64,000 nucleotides of DNA from Methanomassiliicoccales archaeon (GTDB lineage: Archaea > Thermoplasmatota > Thermoplasmata > Methanomassiliicoccales > UBA472): positions 27,262-91,261 of the forward strand of contig JAXGRO010000003.1 of assembly GCA_040765825.1 (NCBI GenBank), in the 5' to 3' direction. The notes beneath the pieces are model-generated. The model was not told where the DNA came from. It ran no database searches and saw only the letters and a list, made by a program, of their open reading frames with translations. The position numbers and the translations under genes are program-made. Positions 56,724 to 64,000 of the stretch are shown here, one piece after another (the stretch's first letter is position 1; each line of letters starts with the position of its first letter).

Positions 56724-57734
56724 TCAGAACCTCACGACCGCTTTCTGCCCCTTCCGGGCGGAGGCGTGGTCGAATGCCTTTGCGATGTCGTTCAACGAGA
56801 ACCTCCCGGTGATCATCCAGGAGAGGTCCGCCTCCTGCAGCACATCCACCGCCTCCCGGCAGTGGCGGCTGGCGTTCCCGTAGCTGCCCACCACGGTCAG
56901 CTCGCGGTAATGCATGTCCCGGAGGTCCACCGGGACCACCGAATCCTCGCGGCCGGGGCCGGAGAACACGCACAGGCGGCCCCGGGGGGAAAGGAAACGG
57001 AACACGCCATGGTCCAACCGAACCTGCGGAGTGCAGGGGATTATCACGTCCATGCCCTGCCCCCCGGCCTCCTCCTCAACCGCCCTCATGAGCGAGACGG
57101 CATCGGAAGGGACCATCCTGTCGATCAGCCCCTTGGGGACCGTGCGCAGGCGTTCCGGAAGGGGTTCGCTCATCACCACCATCCCCGCGCCCCTTCGCCT
57201 GGCCAGGAGGGCATTGAGACATCCAAGCGGTCCGCCCCCGAGGATGAGCACGCGATCGCCGTCCCTCACATCCAACTTCTCCTGGGCGTTGATGCAGCAG
57301 GCCAGCGGTTCAGCCAGCGTCATGAGGCAGGCGTCCGCATGGCCGATGGGGTTCAGGCGCGAGGCGTCCTCCACGGCGATGATCTCGGCCATCCCCCCGT
57401 CCATGTTGAAGCCCATGATCCGCACTTTCGGGCACAGGTGGTCGTTGCCCGAAAGGCAGTGCCTGCACCGTCCGCATGAGCTGCCCGGCCACACCTGAAC
57501 GCGTTCTCCCGGGGCCAGGGATGGTGAATCGGACTCCAGGACCTCGGCCACCACCTCGTGCCCTGGGATGCGCGGATAGGTGAGGTCTCGATGCCCCTTC
57601 TCCAGCATCTTGATGTCCGTACCGCATACCGCGGAGGCCAGCACCTTCAGCAGAACCCCTCCCGGGGGACATGAGGGCCCCTGGACATCCTTCACCTCCA
57701 GAACGCCGGGGGACTGCATAACTGCCGCTCTCAT
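56724..57734 (-). CDS. Zn-dependent medium-chain dehydrogenase (threonine/sorbitol dehydrogenase-like)
   Basis: VCGTD, GHE, CGRCRHC...C, EPLAC, GGGPLG. Confidence 0.9.
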   Translation of the reverse strand: MRAAVMQSPGVLEVKDVQGPSCPPGGVLLKVLASAVCGTDIKMLEKGHRDLTYPRIPGHEVVAEVLESDSPSLAPGERVQVWPGSSCGRCRHCLSGNDHLCPKVRIMGFNMDGGMAEIIAVEDASRLNPIGHADACLMTLAEPLACCINAQEKLDVRDGDRVLILGGGPLGCLNALLARRRGAGMVVMSEPLPERLRTVPKGLIDRMVPSDAVSLMRAVEEEAGGQGMDVIIPCTPQVRLDHGVFRFLSPRGRLCVFSGPGREDSVVPVDLRDMHYRELTVVGSYGNASRHCREAVDVLQEADLSWMITGRFSLNDIAKAFDHASARKGQKAVVRF

Positions 57735-57750
57735 GCTCGCACCGGGAATG

Positions 57751-57778
57751 AGTTGGAGACATCATCCAACTATATAAT
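57751..57778 (-). promoter_or_regulatory. TATA box with adjacent 7-7-7 inverted repeat
   Basis: agttgga-gacatca-tccaact abutting tatataat, upstream of the dehydrogenase-trpD pair. Confidence 0.55.
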
Positions 57779-57964
57779 CGATGCGCGAGGGCGGTCCACC
57801 GCCCCTACGGCGTTCGACGTGTTCCTGATGGTCGCGTAGGCCTCCATTGGTATCACGGCCTGGGAAAGGGTTATTTTTCCGAACGGTGGTGGCTCCCGTG
57901 GTCGGACCGTCCTATGTCGTCCGGCATGCGGGGTCTGATCACCGATATTAGGGAGCGGAGGGGG

Positions 57965-58423
57965 ATGAGGAAGGCGGAGAGGGAGATCAAGGACATTGGG
58001 GAGATCGAACAGGTGATCCTGAGCGCGGAGGTCTGCCGTCTGGCCATGATCGATGATGGCGAGCCGTACATCGTCCCCTTGAACTTCGGGTACCGGAACG
58101 GGCGGTTTTACTTCCATTGCGCCCGGGAGGGACGCAAGCTGGATGTGCTGAAGGCCAACCCCCGGGTCTGCTTCGAGCTGGAGGGGGAGGCGGAGCTGGT
58201 CAGGGGAGAGCGGGCCTGCCAATGGACCACCAGGTTCGAGAGCGTCATCGGCTGGGGGAGGGCGGAAGTCGTCACCGATCCTGAAGGGGTAAAGGAGGGG
58301 CTGCAGGCCCTGATGGACCATTACTCCCCCGGAATGGGGGAATTCGACCCTCATTCCCTTTCCCTGACCGCGGTGATCCGGGTGGAGGTGGAAAGGATGA
58401 CCGGCAAGCGGTCTAAGCGGTGA
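57965..58423 (+). CDS. Pyridoxamine 5'-phosphate oxidase-like flavin-binding protein (NimA/NimC-like)
   Basis: MRKAEREI, PYIVPLNFGY, YFHCAREGRK, NPRVCF, ESVIGWG, MTGK. Confidence 0.88.
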   Translation: MRKAEREIKDIGEIEQVILSAEVCRLAMIDDGEPYIVPLNFGYRNGRFYFHCAREGRKLDVLKANPRVCFELEGEAELVRGERACQWTTRFESVIGWGRAEVVTDPEGVKEGLQALMDHYSPGMGEFDPHSLSLTAVIRVEVERMTGKRSKR

Positions 58424-59123
58424 CCTTGACCACCTTGCCGCCGTATCTCTCCACAATGTATTCCTGAAGGGGAATGTTCTTCCCGCTCAGCCGCAGGGCC
58501 TCCTGGACCATGCGCCTCAGCCCTCCGCAGCAGGGCACTTCCATGCGTATCAGGGTGAGGTCCTTGATGTCGTTGTTGCCGAATATCCTGGAGAGCTTCT
58601 CTATGTAGAACTGCACGTCGTCGAGCTTGGGGCAGCCAATTATGGCCACGCGTCCGGCTATGAAGTCCCTCTGCACGTTGCCCAGGGAGAACCCGGTGCA
58701 GTCCGCGGCGATCAGCAGGGAGGCGTCCTTGTAGGCAGGGGTGACCTCCGGGGCCAGATGGAGCTGTATCGGCCAATTCCTCAGCTGGGAGGGGTTGTCG
58801 CCTGCCGCGGGGGCCGCCTCAGGCATCAGCATCATGGGGCGGGAGGAATGGCAGGAGTGCGGCTCGTCCTTGCGCGTGGACGCCACATAGGCCTTGGCCG
58901 CCTCCTCGTCGAAGGGGTCGGCCTCCCTCTCCTCGATGGAGAGGGCGCCTTCAGGACAGTGCCCCAGGCAGGCGCCCAGACCGTCGCAGTACATGTCCTT
59001 GACCACCTTGGCCTTCCCGTCCTTGATGACGATGGCCCCTTCCGCGCAGGACAGCACGCATTCTCCGCACCCGGTGCACTTCTCCTCGTCAATCTTGATG
59101 ATCTTCCGCTTGATCTTGGACAT
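58413..59123 (-). CDS. 4Fe-4S dicluster protein with conserved C-terminal Cys domain
   Basis: CTGCGECVLSCAEG, CDGLGACLGHCP, SQLRNWPIQL, AADC, GCPKLD, MEVPCCGG. Confidence 0.88.
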   Translation of the reverse strand: MSKIKRKIIKIDEEKCTGCGECVLSCAEGAIVIKDGKAKVVKDMYCDGLGACLGHCPEGALSIEEREADPFDEEAAKAYVASTRKDEPHSCHSSRPMMLMPEAAPAAGDNPSQLRNWPIQLHLAPEVTPAYKDASLLIAADCTGFSLGNVQRDFIAGRVAIIGCPKLDDVQFYIEKLSRIFGNNDIKDLTLIRMEVPCCGGLRRMVQEALRLSGKNIPLQEYIVERYGGKVVKVTA

Positions 59124-59230
59124 GCGGATGTTCAACCGAGGTGGTGGGATAAGCGTTTTTCCTTGCCTCCACCGACGCACAGGAAGTAAATAGAAATGGT
59201 AATCTACCCCCCAGGGGCATTGTGCGAGGG

Positions 59231-60865
59231 ATGGCCGCCATTTCCTGGGAGCTCCTCTTCGCCATCGTTCCGGGCCTGATACTGTTCCTGTACGGCATCG
59301 AGAACTTCAGCAGGGAGATAATCTCCTCGGTTGGGGAGCGATTCCGGGAGACCCTGGGCAAGCTGACCAAGGATCGCTGGAGGGGTGCTCTGTTCGGGGC
59401 GCTGCTCACGGCCACCGTGCAGTCCAGCGCGGCGACCACGGTCATCGCCGTCAGCCTGGTCAACGCGGGCACCATCGCCTTCTCCCAGAGCCTGGGCGTG
59501 ATAATCGGTGCGAACATAGGTACCACCATAACCGCCCAGCTGGTGGCCTTCAAGCTGACCGCCTTCGGTCCGGTGTTCATCCTGGCCGGGTTCTTATGGG
59601 GATTGATCGGCGGGAGATACAAGTTCGTGGGGAAGCCGATATTCTACTTCGGACTGGTGTTCTTCGGCCTGCAGCTGATATCCGGCTCGCTCGACCCCAT
59701 CCGCGATGATCCTCAGCTACTCTCCCTGCTGGCCAACCTGGACAACTTCTTCATCGCCCTGCTGGTGGGAGTGCTGTTCACCACCGCGGTGCAGTCCAGC
59801 TCGGTCACCTCCGGGCTGATGGTGGTGCTGGCCTCCAGCGGCCTACTGACCCTGGAGCAGGCCATACCGGTGCTGCTGGGAGCGAACATCGGAAGCACCA
59901 CCACCACCTTGTTCGCCTCGGCCAAGATGGACCTCTGGGCCCGCCGCGCGGCGGTGGCCCATCTGCTGTTCAATGTCGGTGGAGTGCTCATATTCATCCC
60001 CCTGGCCGGAGCACTGGCCGATATCGCCCTGGACCTGGGCGGCAACGTCGGGCAGCAGGTGGCCAACGCCCATCTCATCTTCAACGTGATCACCGCCATC
60101 ATCTTCCTGGTCGTGATACGCCAGTTCCAGAAGGTGGTGGAGAGGGCCGTCCCCGGGGAGGAGAAGGAGATCCTTTTCCGGGCAAGATACCTGACCAAGG
60201 ATCTGCCCCCCGATACCGACAAGGCCTTCCGGATGATCGAGAAGGAGCTCGGCCACAGCCTGGAGGTGACCAACGAACTGCTGGAGACCTCCTTCCTGTC
60301 GCTCTCCGACGGCGGCCGCCGGGCGGAGCAGAAGGTGGTCAAGCTCGAGTCGTTGAACGATTATCTTGACGATCAGATCGAGGACGCCATCCTCTGGCTC
60401 TCCCGCCGTTCGCTAACCGAGGACGAGGGGCAGAGGACCATACTGCTGGTGCGCATGTCCAATCTACTGGAGAGGCTGGGGGACCACGCCGAGGACATCG
60501 GCGACCTGGCCGCAGGGGTCCGGGAGAAGGGGCGCACCCTGCCCAAGGACCAGGTGGAGCAGCTGGCCTCGGTGTACGAGATGCTCAGGGACAACCTGCG
60601 GCAGCTGGGAGGCTGCCTCCTGGAGGTCAACGACGAGACCAAGGCCCAGGTGAAGATGGGCACGGTGACCATGAACGCGCGGATAAACGCGGTGTACAGG
60701 GTGCACCTGGAACGCATGAAGGATGCCGGCCTGCCCTCCGACTCCACCATGCTGGAGTTGCTCACGACCATGGAATCGGCCAACGACAAGGTCCGGGAAC
60801 TGGTGGCCATGGCCTCGGAGTACTCCTATATCGCGGCCAGGCAGGGCATCACTGGATGCTCCTGA
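59231..60865 (+). CDS. Na+/phosphate cotransporter with PhoU domains
   Basis: Two QSS..GANIG repeats; C-terminal LERLGDHAE. Confidence 0.92.
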   Translation: MAAISWELLFAIVPGLILFLYGIENFSREIISSVGERFRETLGKLTKDRWRGALFGALLTATVQSSAATTVIAVSLVNAGTIAFSQSLGVIIGANIGTTITAQLVAFKLTAFGPVFILAGFLWGLIGGRYKFVGKPIFYFGLVFFGLQLISGSLDPIRDDPQLLSLLANLDNFFIALLVGVLFTTAVQSSSVTSGLMVVLASSGLLTLEQAIPVLLGANIGSTTTTLFASAKMDLWARRAAVAHLLFNVGGVLIFIPLAGALADIALDLGGNVGQQVANAHLIFNVITAIIFLVVIRQFQKVVERAVPGEEKEILFRARYLTKDLPPDTDKAFRMIEKELGHSLEVTNELLETSFLSLSDGGRRAEQKVVKLESLNDYLDDQIEDAILWLSRRSLTEDEGQRTILLVRMSNLLERLGDHAEDIGDLAAGVREKGRTLPKDQVEQLASVYEMLRDNLRQLGGCLLEVNDETKAQVKMGTVTMNARINAVYRVHLERMKDAGLPSDSTMLELLTTMESANDKVRELVAMASEYSYIAARQGITGCS

Positions 60866-60868
60866 ACC

Positions 60869-62433
60869 TCATACGTACTTCTCGCGGTACCTCATCAGCT
60901 CGTGCCAGAACACCGGGGTGAACAGCACCAGCACGGAGATGAACTCCAGACGCCCGGCCCACATGGTGAAGGTGAGCACCAGCTTCGCCGCGTCCGGAAG
61001 CCCGCCGAAGGAGCCGTATGGACCCAGTTCTCCCAGCCCCGGTCCGGTGTTGGAGAGGGTGGCGAAGGCCGCGCTCAGCGAGGTGGTGGGATCGATGCCC
61101 AGCAGAATGAGGATCACCACCGACACCAGGGCGGTGGCGAAGTAGCACATTACCATGGCCACGACAGATGAAAGGGCCTCCTGGCTCAGCGGCCGGCCAT
61201 CGATCTTCACGGTGAATATGGAACGGGGGTGCACGGTCTTGTGCAGGGCGGAAGCGATGAACTCCCGGGCCAGGAAGAAGCGGGCCACTTTCAGACCTCC
61301 AGCGGTGGAGCCGGTGCTGCCGCCGATTATGGCCAGGGCCACCAGTATGAACACCACCGCCTGGTCCCAGCCCAGGTAATTCGTGGTGGCGAAACCTGTG
61401 GAGGTCATCAGACTGACCACCTGGAACATGGAGGTCCGAACGCCGTCGAATAGGTCGTCGAAAGCCGTTCCCCATAGCACCACAGTGATTATGGCGGTGG
61501 CTGCCAGGACCAGCAGCAGGTAGATGCGGAACTCGGTGTTGCGGAAGTAGCGCTTGGGATCCCTGGTGACGATCGCCTGGAAGTGCAGATAGAAGTTCGT
61601 TCCGGCCAGGAACATGAAGATGATGATTATCCATTCCACGCTTGCGGAACCGTAGAAGGCGATGCTCTCGGAGTGAGGCGATAGACCACCAGTGGACATG
61701 GTGGAGAACATCACGCAGAAGGAATCGAACACCCCTATCCCGGTGATGAGCAGCAGAACCAGTTGCAGAAGGGAGAGCTTATCCGTATGGCGTAATGGAA
61801 CTTGCGAGCCTCCTCCTGAATGCGGGCCGAAAAGTTCTGAACGTCAAGGCCGGGGAATTCGTTCTTGAAGAGGTTGCGGCCGCCCACGCCCAACATCGGG
61901 AGCACGGTCACGAATATCATGATGATGCCTGCGCCGCCCAACCAGTGCATGAAGCTTCGCCAGAAGAGGATACTTCTAGGCCATGACTCTATGTCGATCA
62001 TTATGCTGGACCCGGTGGTGGTGAAGCCGCTCATGGTTCTGAATATGGCGTCGATCACTCCCATGCCGTGCGCTGGATGGCCGGGTATGGCCTCAGGACC
62101 GTGAGCGCCAGCCATCCGGTGTATTGCTCACGAACATACCCGTGGGCCGTGTTCTCCCGGGGAGCGGCGGTGACCAGCATCGGCCCGATCAGGAGGCTGA
62201 GCAGCAGGGGGAATATCCAGGGCCGGGGGTCCTCATCGTAGTACAGCGAGACGGCATACGGGAAGAACAGGGCGATGGACATGTAGAGCATCAGTATTCC
62301 GAAGATGTGGGGATGGCGCTCTCTTTTTCCTGGCCACCTTGTTGAGCACGTCGGCGGCATCCACATTGAGGCGGTCGAAGTAGTAGGCCATTTGGCCGAT
62401 GTACCTTCTCACCTTTGTTGTAGAACGGGTCAT
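60869..62433 (-). pseudogene. trkH: TrkH potassium uptake permease, frameshifted in its 5' half
   Basis: MSGFTTTG, WLGGAG, STGG, STGF, GSTAGG, NTGPG, GRLE spread over several frames (breaks near 61735-61790 and 62060-62330). Confidence 0.85.
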
Positions 62434-62461
62434 TCGCTATCCCCTAGGCCCCACAGGGATG

Positions 62462-63787
62462 TTACCGAAACATCCATTCCAGCTTGGCTATTGCTGACTG
62501 AAGTGCGTAGATGAACACCTTGTCGCCCTCCTCGATGACCGTTTCGGGCGATGGGATTATGGCCTTGCCGTCCTTGACCACCAGGGCGATGGCGGACATC
62601 TTGGGCATGTCGATGTCGGCGAGCTTCTTGCCGACGATGCGGCTGCCCGCGGTCACCTTCAGGTCGAAGAACTCCTCGGAGAACTTCTCCAGTAGCAGCA
62701 TCACCTCGTAGTTGTGCACCGTCTCCTTGATTATCTCGTTCGCGACCACGTGGTAGTAGCCGACAGAGGCGTCGATCCCGCTCATGCCGAAGATCTCCTC
62801 GTACTCCCTCTTGGAGTATCTGGAAATGACCTTGGAGACCCCGAGATGCTTTCCGATGAGCGATGCCAGGAGATTATCCTCCTCGTTCTCCGTGGCGCAG
62901 ATCAGCACGTCGGCCATGCTCACGTTCTCGTTGCGCAGAACGGAGGGATCGGAGCCGTTATCGTTGATTATCACCGTCTTGCTCAGCTTCTTGGCCAGCA
63001 CGCGGCAGCGGTCCTCGTTGTCCTCTATGAGCTTTACCGACAGCCTCTCCTTCTCCAGCATGGTGGCCAGGTGCTCACCGACTATCCCCCCGCCAACGAT
63101 GACCAGGTCCCGGGGCTCCCGGATGGTGCCCAGCATGGCGTTGAACTCCGCCACTGCACGCCCCTTGCCCACTATGGTGACCTGGTCCCCCTTCATCAGC
63201 ACATCGTTGCCGTTGGGGACGATCACGTTCTTGCCCCGGTGGATGACCAGTATCTTGCAGTCCTCCGGTATGGGCATCTCCCGCAGGGGGATCATCACCA
63301 CCCCCTCCTTCTTCCCGCTGACCTTGAACATGGCCAGCTCGACCCCCAGGGAGGGTATGCTCTCGCAGCCGATGGCGTTCTCGAACATGGCGATGCGCAT
63401 CAGCTTGACCGCGGTAAGGAATTCAGGGGAGATGATATGGTCCACGTTCAGGAACTTGGAGGCCATGGCCCCCTCGATGTAGTCGGGGTTCCTGACCCGG
63501 GCCACGGTGATCAGCTTGGAATTGATCTGCTTGGCCATCATGCAGCAGAATATGTTGGTCTCGTCCCGCTCGGTAACTGCCAATAGAAGATTGGTGTCCT
63601 CGGTGATGACCCCCTTGAGCACCTTGGGGCTGGCCCCGTTGGCGTTCATGGCCCCCACGTTCAGATGGTTGACCACGTAGTCATAGCGCTTGAGGTCGTC
63701 CTCGATGACCAGGACCGAATGCTGCTTGGAGAGCATCCTGGCTATGGTGTATCCCACATTCCCCGCACCTACTACGATGACGCGCAT
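62462..63787 (-). CDS. trkA: TrkA potassium uptake regulatory subunit
   Basis: Two RCK units: VGAGNVG and VGGGIVG, ISPE. Confidence 0.94.
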   Translation of the reverse strand: MRVIVVGAGNVGYTIARMLSKQHSVLVIEDDLKRYDYVVNHLNVGAMNANGASPKVLKGVITEDTNLLLAVTERDETNIFCCMMAKQINSKLITVARVRNPDYIEGAMASKFLNVDHIISPEFLTAVKLMRIAMFENAIGCESIPSLGVELAMFKVSGKKEGVVMIPLREMPIPEDCKILVIHRGKNVIVPNGNDVLMKGDQVTIVGKGRAVAEFNAMLGTIREPRDLVIVGGGIVGEHLATMLEKERLSVKLIEDNEDRCRVLAKKLSKTVIINDNGSDPSVLRNENVSMADVLICATENEEDNLLASLIGKHLGVSKVISRYSKREYEEIFGMSGIDASVGYYHVVANEIIKETVHNYEVMLLLEKFSEEFFDLKVTAGSRIVGKKLADIDMPKMSAIALVVKDGKAIIPSPETVIEEGDKVFIYALQSAIAKLEWMFR

Positions 63788-63909
63788 CCATCTACGCTCC
63801 GTGGTCTCGACCGATGGTCGAACTTCGGGTTAAGTAAGCATTACCCATTAAGATATGTTTGCCAAAAAAATGGAAGGGCGGACCGCTTCCGCCCAGATAT
63901 GCCATCGGA

Positions 63910-64000
63910 CTAGCGTTTCTTCTCTATGCACCACTCGCAATAGGGGTCGCCCTTGGTCATGTTCGCGCGGGAATCAAAACGGTACCCGGGACTGATCACG
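63910..64000 (-). CDS. Partial CDS (C-terminus only), V4R/methanogen output-domain-like
   Basis: ...NMTKGDPYCEWCIEKKR-TAG; the gene runs off the window edge. Confidence 0.5.
   Translation of the reverse strand, partial: VISPGYRFDSRANMTKGDPYCEWCIEKKR

Noticed and set aside
57735-57765. Trp-type leader peptide before the dehydrogenase-trpD pair
   Set aside because: The upstream ATG reads MMSPTHSRCEH with no Trp codons and runs out of frame into the gene
57779-57964. tRNA or structured ncRNA in this intergenic region
   Set aside because: No cloverleaf or recognisable RNA family by eye, only short hairpins; an Infernal/Rfam scan would settle it

Overview
A GC-rich archaeal chromosomal window. 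The gene content points to a Methanomassiliicoccales-like methanogen (inference): type II GAPDH, archease, an EhaR-like HAD protein, a FlaK-like peptidase, two HdrD-like CCG proteins, bacterial-type folP, DUF5654, TATA boxes and GGTGA-type Shine-Dalgarno (SD) sites. Most of it is housekeeping: nadX-pepP-tldD-pmbA, ilvB-ilvC, gap, pgk, an Lrp-led dapA-dapB-lysC-lysA-dapF-dapL operon, thiL, larA-hdrD-like-folP, bioY, a Na/Pi transporter and trkA/trkH. I saw no rRNA, tRNA, CRISPR array or transposase. Two things stand out. (1) An unannotated 18-codon Leu/Val/Ile-rich leader ORF upstream of ilvB is followed by three mutually exclusive hairpins, one of which masks the ilvB start region. This looks like bacterial-style ribosome-mediated attenuation in an archaeon. 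(2) A LuxE-LuxC-SDR-UbiA/MenA prenyltransferase cluster with a convergent radical SAM gene has no luciferase and may be an uncharacterised lipid or prenyl-compound pathway. Also notable are a TrpD paralog that appears to lack anthranilate-binding residues, an AGT-endonuclease V fusion, and two tandem giant beta-helix/Ig surface-protein genes. Dense frameshifts at about 40.9-47.8 kb and 61.7-62.5 kb are probably sequence errors. All calls come from reading motifs by eye; no database searches or folding programs were run.
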